From positions 17,824,261 to 17,888,260 of the forward strand of contig CM051622.1 of assembly GCA_028020825.1 (NCBI GenBank): a DNA stretch of 64,000 nucleotides. The letters run 5' to 3'. Made by a program: the position numbers and the translations under genes. The notes beneath the pieces were generated by a model, which saw only the letters and a list, made by a program, of their open reading frames with translations, did no database searches and was not told the origin of the DNA. This document shows positions 49,669 through 62,582 of the stretch, piece by piece. The DNA comes from Podargus strigoides (Eukaryota). Each line of letters starts with the position of its first letter. Position 1 is the first letter of the stretch.

Positions 49669-49789
49669 CGCTGAATACGAACAATAGTGCCATCTGGAAA
49701 GATACTCTCCTCTTGCCCATCCGTAAATAAATTTTTAATAGTTTGATCGGGGAAAGTAATTTCTTTCTTCCCATCAGGATAATGCTTCT
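49669..49789 (-). CDS. CENPJ: CENPJ G-box exon ([40 protein letters not shown])
   Basis: Minus-strand acceptor acatttcag| and donor cg|gtaagc; the phase links to the last exon (cg+a=CGA R). Confidence 0.7.
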
Positions 49790-49872
49790 CTGAAATGTAT
49801 TTTGAGACACTATGCTTATTACATAAATTCAGGCATATATACGGGCAGCAATTTTGAGGGTTGGGTTGAATG

Positions 49873-49957
49873 ATTTCTTTACCTATTTGTCCATTTGAAA
49901 ACTGCAAGACCTCTAAGCCATCAGAGTATGTAGTATGTGTAGTCTTAGCATCCGCAT
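49873..49957 (-). CDS. CENPJ: CENPJ G-box exon ([28 protein letters not shown])
   Basis: Minus-strand acceptor ttttctgcag| and donor g|gtaaag; phase 0 in / 1 out. Confidence 0.7.
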
Positions 49958-50072
49958 AATAATAAATCTGCAGAAAACAGTTCAGATTTAACAAGTGAGA
50001 AATTTCATATGTGTGTACACATGTGCATAGGTAAGTATTTATAGAGAAGTGCAGAAGATGTAGGCTACATAC

Positions 50073-50213
50073 CACTGTTTGATCAGGCATGACCTGCTTC
50101 ACATCCCCATTGAAGAAGGTTATAGTTACAGTCTTCCCATCAGAACCCACTTTTTTCCATGTCCCATTGGGGAAAAATATAAGGTGACAGCCATTTTTCA
50201 AAACCTTTTCAAC
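50073..50213 (-). CDS. CENPJ: CENPJ G-box exon ([47 protein letters not shown])
   Basis: Part of ORF-track 49665..50201(-); minus-strand acceptor tcatcag| and donor gtg|gtatgt. Confidence 0.7.
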
Positions 50214-50305
50214 CTGATGAATACATTAGGGAGAGGTCAGTATTGAGCCATCACTCTCTTTTGAACAGTTGTCTTGTACATCAGAGTACCAAGCTCTCAT
50301 TGTAC

Positions 50306-50404
50306 CTTTCCATCAGGATAAGCAGTTTCTCTCTCTATCTCTTCACTGTCTGTATATGCAGGTCCAGATGGTAGTGACACATGAGCTTCATTAGGAGCAG
50401 TGTC
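50306..50404 (-). CDS. CENPJ: CENPJ exon (DTAPNEAHVSLPSGPAYTDSEEIERETAYPDGK)
   Basis: Minus-strand acceptor catttcag| and donor aag|gtacaa; ends in YPDGK, which starts the G-box. Confidence 0.6.
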
Positions 50405-51084
50405 CTGAAATGACAACAACCACCTCAGTATAAATTCAAATTGAGCTTTGTCTTTACATTTTTACAAGGAGCATCAGAGGAAGAAAACAAGTATAGGAAG
50501 GCATAAATGCAGTCTGTGTTTTATGCAACTCCTAATTCAAGTGGTAAGGCAGACAGACTCAGCAATAATTGGTTGTCTCTGGTCAGCTGTAATCTAGACT
50601 AAGTGGAATTCAGCGTTGTGTTGTAGCATGGTGCCCAACTGCCTGAGTCATCCATATCAAGGTATGAAACTTCATCAACTGTTTCATAAAACCTGAATGC
50701 TACCTACAGCAATTAATGTAAGGATTCAACTGTTTACAAGATTCTTGCACAGTTGCCCTACATAGAACCTATAAACATCGATCTTTTTGCCTTCCATCAA
50801 ATGGCAAAACATTTTGCAAAATTCAAGTGAGCGCGAGACTGTGATTTTCTTTCCTCAGCCAAAGAATGTTGCAAGTACTAGACACAGGAAAACATTCTGC
50901 ATTGACTACTACATGGTCATTTTCTGGTATGACAATAAAATTGCAATTGAAGAGCATAGCAGTGGAGTGAATGGCTTCACTAGTCACCCTACAGGTACTC
51001 ATTTAAATACAAGTAACTGTTGTTTTATTTTGGGGTTTCCTTGCCCCCCCCTTAAAAATCAAATTGATATACAGGACTTACTAC

Positions 51085-51174
51085 CATAAAAGTCCCAGAA
51101 GAATCTTCTAGTGCTGTCGTCGTCTCAGAGTTGCTTCTGTCACTGGCAGGTGCTGATGCAGGTGTTCTAGAAAG
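51085..51174 (-). CDS. CENPJ: candidate CENPJ exon (LSRTPASAPASDRSNSETTTALEDSSGTFM); the acceptor is uncertain
   Basis: Strong donor atg|gtagtaagt; the open frame is Ser/Thr-rich; the acceptor (ggaaag|) is weak, so the 5' boundary is tentative. Confidence 0.3.
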
Positions 51175-52794
51175 CTTTCCTACTTAGATACATGTAATAA
51201 AGTTACTTCGGACAGTAAAATTAAAGTGCAGTGTAAGTGGTATATATGAGGTCGAGTTGTACCTACATTTAAGTGCAGTAGAAACTGAAAGCAGTATATT
51301 TACAAAAACAATCAGCATAAGCCAGCTCCCTCAGGTACGTCATTGCTTCATGTGTCAGCAAGAGGCTACAACTGAAGAATCACTGGAACAGGCATACTAC
51401 TTGCATTTCTAGAATTTCTGTTGATTTACAACATATTACCACCCCCCCGCCCCAGCGATCTAGACAACATTATTAGGTAAAATAAATAAAGGAAGACTAA
51501 TGTAACCTTTTAACAGGAACTGACAGGCACACTTTCCCCATGTCTCTCCTAGCATGCCAGAAAGATTACCAAAATAAAACCAGCAAGGGCTTCAGTTCTG
51601 GACCATACTCCTCTAACATAACAATGGTTGGTTGAACTGTCCGAGGTACCCTCCAGTTACCTTTTGGATGTGATCAGGAAGGAGCATAGCTGATAACAGC
51701 ATTTGCTCCTAACTGTGAACAAGGAACACCTGATACAGCATTGCCCATATGATTATAGATCCTAATACCAGAAGGTTCTGAAGAGAGACAGCAGTTCCCA
51801 TGCTGTTAACATCCGCAGCTTGGAAAACATCAACGATGAATGGCATTTTGGATTGCAGAACACAGCTTCTGCTTTGGTCCTGAGCACCAAACCTGACCAG
51901 AAGACCTGAATGGTGTCATCACAGTTTTCTCCAGAATCTTACCCTGGGAGGTATTTATCCATACACTCAAGTCCCTTACTACTGTTCTCTATCTACTTTT
52001 GAGGTGGCAATGCATTCTTTTTAATAAAAGCACAAATCCACATTAATTTTCTTTTAAAGAGTTAAACAGAATTCTCTGATCAGACAAACATTTATACCTT
52101 TTGCCTGTGAATAACTTTTGCCATTTATCTTGCTGCACTTCTGTACTGGAAGAATCAGAGATGTAGTTTGACTCTTTGGACCTCTATTCCGTAGACACTA
52201 AAAGAAATAGTTATTTGTAGTTTACATTACATTTATTCATAACTGTTCACATAGTAGCAGCAAAATTTATGCAACGTGTGACATGAAATTTACTGGAAGC
52301 TTTCTGCACAAACTGTACATTTTTGAGATTCAGTCAGCAGAAGAGCTTGTGTGATGTAGCCCAGGCCATACATTGGACCTCTTCCTGTCTCCTGCCTCAC
52401 TGCCAACAACTACAGAATGTTAATTTGGTGCAAACAATCCAGAATAATAATTACAGTTTCAAGACTAAATACAACTCAAGATGGTGGTGAACTGCCTGAT
52501 GATCCCTGAGGTGCAGAGGTTCACAGGTTAGATCCGATCTATGATTTTTCTCTTATAAAGACATCATTTTGAATTGCTAAGATGAGTTCCTCCACAGAAT
52601 GGATGTTGCACATTGTGAACATTCACATTTGGAGAGAACATGATATTAACAGTATTCTGTGTCTGTCACCACTACTGGAGTTCCAAGATTAGTAAATTAA
52701 ACATCTAGGTTTTAGCTATTGCATTCCAAGTTTATGATGCAAAATTCAGATTATTCACACAGATGAATTTAAAACACTAAGATGATTAACTTAC

Positions 52795-53034
52795 AGATTC
52801 TGCTCTTTTTAGAGTAATCCCAGAATTTTCTATTTTCCTCTTGCTTCCAGCAGCTTCTACTTTCTTCCAGGCTTCTAGACGAAACCTCTCCATAATTTTG
52901 ACTTCCTCTTTTAGCTCCATGTTCTCATTGACTAAAGCTTCTATCTGATCTTTCAGGCGTCGATGGGTGGTTGACCATTTCGCTTCTTTTTGTTTTAAAT
53001 CTTCCTGTAACTCTGCAATCTGCTGTTTTAAAGC
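52795..53034 (-). CDS. CENPJ: CENPJ coiled-coil exon ([80 protein letters not shown])
   Basis: ORF-track 52786..53049(-); minus-strand acceptor tttttctaag| and donor tct|gtaagt; phase 0/0. Confidence 0.7.
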
Positions 53035-54002
53035 CTTAGAAAAATGCATGTTTATAAATTAAAGCGATTTAGATTTTTAATATATTAAAATATTTTAATG
53101 TTCCCATAAAAACACAAGCATGCAAAAAAGCATGAGTGGCACAAAAATAAGATCAGCTTAATGGGGCACAGGGTGAAATGTAGAAGTTTTTTTCCCAGAA
53201 GAGCTACTATTTCCTTTAGACTACCAACTTTAGAAGCTTGACTTCATTCACAGGAGATGTCTTTATTGCCCTCTTGGCATCCGTTGCACTTCATAGATTG
53301 GCCAGTACAAATACACTTGAGACAGAAACATGAAATCTGTAAGGCTACCCTTGAGAGGACCCCTCAAAAATCATGGCACAGGAAAACAGGGAGGACACAA
53401 TCGCATAAAAAACACGTGAATCTGCCTAGCCAATTTAGCAAATTTTAAGTTATGTAAGGAAAATTCATAGGAAAAGAGAAAAATCCATGTGTAACGTTCA
53501 ATAGGATTTGTCTGTACATCTCATGTACCACACAACCTGACAATGAAGGAACAAACAGCTCTTGTTTCTTACATCTGATACCTAAAGACCTACAAGTAAG
53601 TAATAACAAAATGTAACTTTGAAGACTGTAAAAGATCACTACATTTACTGTACAGCAGTTACAGACAGGATAAACCTCAAGTACAGTTCTAGTTTGCAGT
53701 TTGATCCTCTACCATGAATAAAAACTTACAACTTCATATTAACTACAGTAATTTTGTATCACAGTTGAAGATTATTCTACCATAGTCATGAGCAGTTTTT
53801 AATATGGAAATGTGACAAAAGGGGGTTTTGCCTTAAAACCATCTAACAACACTGAAGACTGTAGTCACTTCCTCAGGCCATGTTTACTAACAGTTCCCAT
53901 TTTGAAATCACTTGCAACCTTTAGTTAAAATTTAGTTCTCAACTGCCTTTAAATAAATTCAAGTGTTCCTGTGTGGACTAGAAGAATAACATATTTTCAT
54001 AC

Positions 54003-54168
54003 CTGAATTTCATCACGTTCTTTTTTATCTGGAATTGCTCTAGCTTCTGTGGTATATTTTTCAAAAACTTTACGTTCCTTTTGCAGTTTTTTCATTTCCT
54101 TTTTTTTATATTCTTCTATTTCAGCCAGTTCCTGGGCTTTCTGCTGTTGCAAGTCTGCAATTTCTTTC
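54003..54168 (-). CDS. CENPJ: CENPJ coiled-coil exon ([56 protein letters not shown])
   Basis: Minus-strand acceptor aacaatag| and donor cag|gtatga; phase 2 in / 0 out, matching both neighbours. Confidence 0.7.
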
Positions 54169-55022
54169 CTATTGTTATGAAATAAAGTTGTTTTAGCCCA
54201 AAACTACTTCAAATCTGGATTTTAAGGAAGAAAATGAAGGCTGAATTTTGTGGTCATTGATTCCAATCTAGCATCTGTTATCCCCAGGAAGACTTACCTA
54301 TAAATGGTATTACTTATTTAAGCAGTGAGAATTGTCACACAGCTAGCGTTTGAACTCTAACAATTTCTATTTTTATATCTTCTAGTCACAAAAATTATCC
54401 TGAATTTAACAAAGCTTTGTTGGTGGCTAAAATCTTGCAATATTCTTCAAGGCAGTAGAACACCATTCCCCCACAAGCACCAGGGAAAACAATCTGCTAA
54501 CTGCAGGAGGTCACAAATTAAACATTAGCCAGCAACATGATGCTGATCCCAAACCAAAAAGTGACTTTGGTAGGAATAGGTGTGCCACATTTAAGCCACC
54601 AGAGACATTATTCTGCTCTATATGTCACTTGTAAGTACCCCAGTTCAAATGAAAACATTCTCGGTTTGTACACACGAACATCCAGTCCAGAGGAAGAGCA
54701 TCAGTCATGTTAGCATGAAGATCAGTTTTGCAAAACCAGTTTAGGACTGTTCTCACTCAGAACAAAAGCATACAAATTCTCCCAAGTATAGTCTTTAAGG
54801 ATATCATGTTAAACTAACAGGGGTTCTTAGTATTATAATCTGCGTGCAAGTAATTATTACCATTTAATATATACATAGAGCAACAACCAGTTTCTTGCCC
54901 TGTGCCTCCACTGTGACTGAAACACACCAATTATTTACCTGTGCTGTTGGTAATTGGGCATTATGACATTCTGGAACATACTAATTAAGTGAACGCACCA
55001 AAATGTTTCCATTAAAAATTAC

Positions 55023-55135
55023 CTGATATTTGCCAAGGCATGCTCTCTTTCTTCACGGAGCTTAGTCAGAGTTGCATTTTCAGCTCTGAATCTATTTATT
55101 TCAGTTTCCAATTCAGTGAGTCTCTCTCTCAGTAC
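55023..55135 (-). CDS. CENPJ: CENPJ coiled-coil exon ([37 protein letters not shown])
   Basis: Minus-strand acceptor ccatcccag| and donor ag|gtaatt; phase 0 in / 2 out. Confidence 0.65.
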
Positions 55136-56545
55136 CTGGGATGGAACAGTGTTTCCTGTCAAAGAACAGCCAGATGCCAGTTACCTAAGCAGCATCCATA
55201 AAACTGAAGTAAACAACTATCACACACCAGTTAAAAAATAAATAAATAAATTTTGAAATCAAGTGATACTATTTTAGAGATAGTAGTAGTATTGCAAAAT
55301 ATTTCTACCATTCAAATAACACAGAAGTAACATTATAAAGCACTCTGCACTATTTACTCAAGTACCTCTTTGTAGAACGAAATATAGATTAGGAATTGGA
55401 ATGTGAAAGGCTTCACGTCAAGCTACAGAAATTAAATGAAGGTATCAAAATAGGAAAGTTTATGGTTGTAAGTTTTTCCAAGTTTTATTCACGACAAAGT
55501 CTGCTCACACCCATCACTAATGTGAAATCTATTGCAGAGGCCAATAACAGGATTTGTGGGCTTTCTTGCCATCCCAGTTTCCTGATCAGTCACTACTTAA
55601 CACTCCCAGGGCTTTAATAGTCCACTTCTAGGTATGCAAGATAAGAGCCTAAATACTGATGCTGCAGTTGTAGATAGTTGCCTTATTCACCCTTAAATGC
55701 TCTGAGATTCAGTAAAAAAACCCCTACTCCTCTTTCTGCGACCACATCTAGCAGGCATCCCTGGACAACTACAAAACAATAAGCAGAAGTAGCAGCTTTC
55801 AGATGAACTTCTCAAAAAACTAAGCAAAATCCTAAACACTCATTGGAGCAGAGTTTGAACCCCAGATCTCACCACCTTACAGAGAAGAGATTTAAATGCT
55901 AGGCTATGCCATCATGCTTCTACTGAACAACTGCATTTGAATGATCTTACATAAATGCAACGGCTTCAACAGGAGCTTAGAGGCAGTCTTTCCCCAGACT
56001 ATAACCACATGGTGAAAATCAACTTGGGCAAAGCAGAAAATGAATCCCTGTTTCCCATATGCTGCATGAATTCTCTAGATACTACTGTTGGATAATATGG
56101 AAAGGGCTGCCACCTCATTATATTTTAGAAGAGGAACAAGCTAACCTAACAGTGCACAGCATTACCCTACTGTGGTGTGAATGCACACTGTCACTGGAAA
56201 GGGAGGTACCACTTCATTTTCAGCACACCTTTGACACTTTCCTTGATTTGGAAATGTTGAACGAAGTTCAATGAACTAGTCTGATAGAAAACTAACCTCC
56301 AAGAAAATAAATAAAATTTTAAAAACCCACAACAATGAACTTTTCACTGATTGTACTCATTCTGCAAGCTGCATAATTGTTACATCTGACATCAGGCACA
56401 CAACCAGGAGAGGAGATGAAAGGTGAGAAGAGGGCCATTCCCTGCAGCAGAAGTCTGTACTTAGGCCCTTTGGTGTAATGTCAGGTTGCAGCTTAAGTGT
56501 TAGAAGGAAAGACTTGCAGTATTTGTCTTCTTCAACAATTCCTAC

Positions 56546-58181
56546 CAGGTGCTGTTCTCTCCCTTCCCTGCTCCTGTTCCGTATTTGATTGGATCTCACG
56601 CTCTGAAGGACAGCCTGCCTTCTGTTTTGGTTTCAGTGAAGGAAACAGTTTCATCATTAGGTCTGATACAGGAGGTCCATTTGAATCACTGTCCACTGCA
56701 GACTCTGGGGACTTTTCGTCTCCCCTCTTTGAGGCAACTTTTCTCTTTATTGCTTTATCTGGAACAGTCGTATCATTCTTACTAGAAAAGTCCGTCTGTA
56801 AAGGTATTTTAGTATGTTTTTCAGGTAAATCACTGTTAACATAATTTTCCTCAAGATCACTCCATGTTCTTTCATCATCAAACTCAAACTTACTCCTGCT
56901 TATACAAGACACACTCCTCTGATGGTCTGAAGCTCTTCTAATCTTTTGCTTGGACGGTGCCATGCAATCATTGTCTGACAAGCCAAGGTCAGCATCTCCA
57001 TTTTTCCTTTCTTTGTTGATGTCTGTAGCAGAACCTCCATAATCAAAAAATTCTGGATCACTTTCTCTATGGCTCATAAAGGATGCCTTCGCATCGTCAT
57101 TTTCATGCTTCAATGTGGTCTCAAATTCACTCTCAGAATCTGCAGTAATATCACCATCGCCCTCACCCTTATCTTCATTTACAACCCATTGATTACTTTT
57201 TAAAGCAGGAGCTGCTGTCAGGGTAGAAGCTGAAAATATTACACTGTCCAATTTATTCAATGGATCCTTCATTCTAAAAGCTGTTCCTGAATTTGAGACT
57301 GTATGCATAACTGCTCTATCATTTCCCTGTGACATACAGTCTGCCTTTTTACTTCTCTTATTTATAAGTTCAACAGCCAGCGCCTGTACTTGCTGCTGTT
57401 TTGCCTTGATGGGCGTAGAAGACATTCTGCGGCCTTTTAAAATTTGCTGATCTTGATCTAAGATCCTTTGCACAAATGAGGAATTACTTGAGAAAGATAT
57501 TTCATCTGCAGCTTGTTCTAGAAATAAAAATTCATCTAATTCTAGGTTCTCTTTTTCTTGTTCTTTTTCCCAGTTTTCCATCTTATTCTGAAATGAAACT
57601 TCAAAAGACAGTTCTGGATCTTTTCCAGGGTGACCTACAGGACATTTAGAATCAGAAAATACACTGGCCAAGTCATGAGACAACTGAGGCTTTTCTGTGC
57701 CAGGTAATTTGTTTCCAATTTTGCCAGTGTTAGACTTAGCAAATTCCACTACATTCTCTTTATTTTCTATTTTGTTGTTAGTTTCTGATCGGAAAGAATC
57801 TCTTGTCTGTCCATCATGATTTTTTCCTGGTTGCATTCTTGTTTCTAATGGCAAAATATTTTTTCCACTGTGATTCCTGAGTACCAGGGTCTTCTGGATA
57901 GGACAACGTTTTGCTTTATCAGAGTGGTTATATCTTTTACGTGGTGCAAAAGGGTTCTCAGAAGCCAGTTCTTTGCCAGGAGGCATAGTTTTCTCCTGTA
58001 TTTGTGATCTGTCCACTTTAGTAACATTTCTGTCATCTGAAGCCCTTTGTTGAAGTTTTGGGGTGTTTTCTCCAGGTTTTGTAATTTTAGATTTGGCATT
58101 AGTGAATCTTGTTAAGCCTTCTCCTCTTTTCAGGAAGGGTCGTTTGATCACTGGTTTTTGAATGGCCGATCCATTTGTCAC
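56546..58181 (-). CDS. CENPJ: CENPJ large exon (~1636 nt; VTNGSAIQKPVIKRPFLKRGEGLTRFTNAKSK ... SDLMMKLFPSLKPKQKAGCPSEREIQSNTEQEQGRERTAP)
   Basis: Part of ORF-track 56532..58253(-), the 573-aa ORF. Minus-strand acceptor ttaccgcttctcag| and donor g|gtagga. The ORF's first 24 aa and last 4 aa are intronic read-through. Confidence 0.75.
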
Positions 58182-58495
58182 CTGAGAAGCGGTAAGCAAA
58201 AGTAAAACACAAATTGTTAAAAAGCCCCTTACACAGTTTGAAGATTTCTTCAAATAAACCCCACATATGAGTGGGAATTTATATAGTAGATTTCTACTGG
58301 ATTTCTAACGACATCTTAAACAAGTGAAATATTTGGGGCTTATTGTTTTATTTTTTAAGAACATGAATATTGCATTCAGTGTTAGCTTACAATGCTAGAA
58401 TCTTCCTTGTACATTTTTAAAGCACCTATCGCATCTTGGCACAATATGAAAAGAACAATATATAAAGAACAAAGTTAAAAAAATAAATAACTAAC

Positions 58496-58601
58496 CTGTA
58501 ACTTCTGGGTTTGCTGCAGACGCTGCTCTTCTAGTTGTATCTGTTCTTCCAGGAATTCCTCAAATGTCTGTTTCTTCTCCTGACTCGCAGTTTTAATAGG
58601 C
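58496..58601 (-). CDS. CENPJ: CENPJ exon (R PIKTASQEKKQTFEEFLEEQIQLEEQRLQQTQKLQ)
   Basis: Minus-strand acceptor aaactag| and donor cag|gttagt; phase 2 in / 0 out. Confidence 0.65.
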
Positions 58602-60068
58602 CTAGTTTAATTTAAAGGAAGTCTTACATTTTAATATAAAATAACTGTGTTTAACAGCACTGCTATTCAAAGACTTAAGGTGTAATTACATAAAAGATGA
58701 CAAAGTATGATGTACTTCAGTCATTGTCAAAGTTAACCTGAGCAATGCATTATAACACTAGCTCTTTACCTTTTGAGAAACAGTTTATCAAATCCTTGCT
58801 ATAGTTAATATACATATCTAAAAGATGCTGTATGCAGGTTTTGCTGTTTCTTCTTTCACTGCTTTTCTCAATCACCCTTTCTTCTGTCCAGACCACCAAA
58901 CTTTCACAGTATCACAATTTCTACAGTATCACCTTCCCAGTAATGCTACTGCAATCGTGTTCCTTGTTTCTCCTGGGATGGTGTGAGCTTTCTTCATAGC
59001 AGCCCATATGGTACTGTGGTTTGGATTTGTGACTACAACAGTGTTGATAACACGACAGTGTTTTAGCTATGACTGAACAGTGCCTGCACAGCAGCAAAGA
59101 TTTGTTTGTTTTTTTCATGCTGCTCCCATGCCCCCAGCAAGTGGGCAAGAGGCTGAGAAGGGACACAGCCAGGACGGCTGACCCAAATTCACCAAAGGGA
59201 TATTCCATGCCATATAACATGTTCAGCAGTAAAAACTGGGGGCTTGGTCTTCCAAATATGGCTGTTGCTTAGAGACCAAGTGGGCATTGGTCTGCTTGTG
59301 GGAGGTGGAGGATGATGCCCTTGCATGACTTGGGGTTTTCCCCCCTTTTTCCTTTACTTGTTAAACTGTTTTTATCTCAACCCACAAGTTTTCTCAAGTT
59401 TGCTCCTCTGATACCCTCTCCCATTCTGCTCAGGGGACAGAGTGAGCAAGTGGCAGGGTGGGTGCTTAGTTACTGGCTGGGCTCAACCCACCACAGCTTG
59501 GAATGAGTATTTCTTGTTTTAGCAATGACTCGTCAGACAAGGCATAGCTTTAAAACAATGCCAACCACTCCTTTTACCCTATGAACTCCATAGATGAAGT
59601 TTTACCATACATGAGAAGTCTTCTGCTACAAGCACTCTTGTTACTTCTTAGCCATATACATATGTTTAAACAAACATAAGTCCTGGTAATAAACTAAAAA
59701 GACACAGCCTTACATTCCTCCTTCACATTACTACTTTTGCCATGTAACAGTGGATAGGAGGTTGTAATAAAATAGGGAATGGTAATTATAACTGTCTATA
59801 TACTAAGCCTATACTAAAACGTGCTTCTAAACTATCATTACCGCAGGCTGCACAAACCTCTTCAGCCAACACACAAGATTGCATCTTTCACAGCATAAGC
59901 AATTTCAAGCCAGAACCTCTCTTACTACAGGTCTCCACAGTACCTAGGAAAACAGACTCCTTGGTTGAGAAAGCTACACAAATTGAGAATATCAGGCTCT
60001 TTCCATCAGGACTCAAAATTCAACCAAACTGCATTTGACAAAAACTGCATAATAATGATCTGAATTAC

Positions 60069-60213
60069 CTTTCCTCTGTATTAGTCCACAATTCCAGTCC
60101 TCCACGGGAATCTTCAGAGACATCTGTGCTTTCCACACAAAAAGGGTCAATGTGATGATCTTCACTCTCCATTAATATTTCCATCTTTTGTTCTGGACAC
60201 CACTTGGTTTTTC
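60069..60213 (-). CDS. CENPJ: CENPJ exon (G KTKWCPEQKMEILMESEDHHIDPFCVESTDVSEDSRGGLELWTNTEE)
   Basis: ORF-track 60065..60256(-) frame; minus-strand acceptor aattttgtag| and donor ag|gtaatt; phase 1 in / 2 out. Confidence 0.65.
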
Positions 60214-62458
60214 CTACAAAATTAACAGAAACTTTTTTTTTCCTCCTCAACAACAAATCAGTTTTCAGCTCATACTTTAAGCAGCATTCAGGTCATATTA
60301 AAACCAGAAAGGAGCTTCATTGTAATGTAGTCTGAATTCCTACATAAAAGAGTCCTAAGATTTCCACAAATTAATTCATATTTGAATTTGAGCTTTCTTT
60401 TTAAGGGAACATCCAATTACATATTAAAAAATTTCCACAGGCCTTAAATAACCAATTCTGAGTGTTCATCTTCTTTGCTGTTGTTAATTTATGGCTTAAA
60501 AATAAAATAACTGAACAAATTTGAATGTCTGTTGTACTAAAGAGCTCTCTTACCAAGCTTCTGTCTCCCATGTATATATATATAAAAAAATTAAGATCAA
60601 TTTATCCTTTCACATTGTATTGGACCAAGCCCTCTGATTAAAAGCTTTAAAGCTGGTATGAAATATGCTGAAATGCAATCTCATACCTTTTCCCAAAAAC
60701 CTTTACAAGTTTTCAGCAACCTTATTAAACTGCTAGGTTAAAACTACTATTCCAGTCATTGCAGCACAGTAGTCATGCTGGTGCCAGTGGTAAAACTGAG
60801 AAGAGGATGAAAGATAAAGGACTCCAGTGCACTGCTTCTGATGTACAAATAATTTTTAGTCACATGATGGGATCTCTTTGTCAACCCATCTTGACTCCTA
60901 ATTCCAGTTCAGCTCACAGCAGAGCTGGCCTGAAGACATTCTGTATCCCTGGAGAGATTGTTGTTACCTGTTTGCCATGTGAAAGTATGGGTACAGTTCA
61001 ACCCAAACAATTCAGCTATCCAATATCTGTCATTATTTGCTATTTTGACAGTCTTTATTGTATATAAGCTTTAGCAGTAAAGACTGTATTCTTTCCTAAA
61101 ACAGACAAACCTTTCACACAGACAGAAGAACTTGACTTTTTCCTCATGCTGCTTTTAACAACACTCACATGGACATCATCAGGAACACTCCGAGGTCTCT
61201 AAGCTGTCAGTAAACCAGCCAACAATTCAAGTAAACAACACTTGTATAAAATCTTCATAATTAGTAGAAAATGATGCTCAATAACTACAGGGGGGGGGAA
61301 AAAAACCACCACACAGCAAGTTACCTTTCTATAAATGACTAACCAGTAATATATTTGTCTTCCTTGTTTTTCAAACAATTCTGCATTTTCGGAGGCACAC
61401 TCAGACCTTGTTTCTCACAGGCAGACACTCCCAAAAGACCATTCTTCAAAGACAAGGTGCATTCTTTGTTGTCTAACTTCTGTAAAAAATCACTGTCTTG
61501 TGTATGTGTAGAAACAATCAGAGCACAAGCTCTGTCTTCAAAGTGATTCTGATACCCAGATGAAGGCAGCTGGTGCAAAGTTGTTAAGCCTGCTGAATGC
61601 CCAGGTCTTAGCTTTTGACTTTCAGCCACTAGAGTAGAGCCTTGAAGTTAAAAGAAAAAAATGGCTGTGTCATTGTAGTTGTCTTACAACACCACTGTTC
61701 CACAGGAGAAAAGAAATGGCCCTGAAGGGCAAGACTGGTCACCCAGCCTCCACCCTGATGTTACTGATCAAGAATAAGTGATGAGGCAATCTGGGTTTTG
61801 TTCTCCTAAGGCTAAGCCCTAAATTCATTTTCTCAGGTAGGCAGAGTGAATGAAAGATTTCACTTAAGCCAGGCTGGACTGATACTGCCAACAAAAGAAA
61901 ACACCCCTGCTTAACTCTAAAAGCTTTTTCCAGCCCCGTACTGTCCCTTCCCTTTGCACACAGCAAACAAGTGGAAACCTGACACAGGTTACAAGCGTTT
62001 TTCAGTTCCGATCAGCTCACCAGCCTAATGCAGTTCATTCATTGACTGAATAAATTTGTGCTGCCTGAGCACAAACAAGGAGGGACCACTTCATTTGGAT
62101 ACAGCGGCACTTAAAGAAATCAAAAGCACTGTGAGAAACAGCTAATCAGAAAGGAAAGCAACTGTTTGTTTTACACTGTCTTTTATATTTAAAATATGTT
62201 CTTCGAAACAAGCGTTCCCATCATAGCACATATTGATCAAGTTACAATTACAGTTGGCATTTTTATAAAAACAGGATAGTATTCCTTCTACAGTAGCACT
62301 CAACTTTCAAGCACGGAAGCAATGCAGCATTTATGTTTGACTAATCACATAGTCTTAAGATGAAGAATACTGAATATATTTTCAGTTTTTAACTGGAGAA
62401 TGAGATTAAATTCTTCAGTTTATTCAAAGTACATCATATGCATTCTTTCTCAACTTAC

Positions 62459-62582
62459 CAAGAACTGCTGTCTGGCCAGATACCATGCTAAGTAGCTTCT
62501 GCTGCTCTTCCATTAACCTTTGGAGTTGCTCCATCTGTTGTTTCTTTAGCTGTTCCTGTTTCTGTTGTTGCAATTCCTTCAG
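62459..62582 (-). CDS. CENPJ: CENPJ N-terminal coiled-coil exon ([41 protein letters not shown])
   Basis: Minus-strand acceptor ttttttgtttgaaaag| and donor g|gtaagt; phase 0 in / 1 out, linking to exon 60213. Confidence 0.65.

Larger units (their letters stand above)
48690..62582 (-). other. CENPJ: CENPJ (CPAP, centromere protein J) gene, partial: the 5' exon(s) lie beyond the window or at >62.6 kb; 3' end, stop and G-box are in the window
   Basis: C-terminal G-box/TCP10 repeats ([25 protein letters not shown]..., [131 protein letters not shown]). Large ~1.6 kb exon with KRPFLKRGEGLTRFTNAKSK, LELDEFLFLEQAADEISFSSNSSF, RMSSTPIKA and FDDERTWSDLEEN. Coiled-coil exons. Confidence 0.8.
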
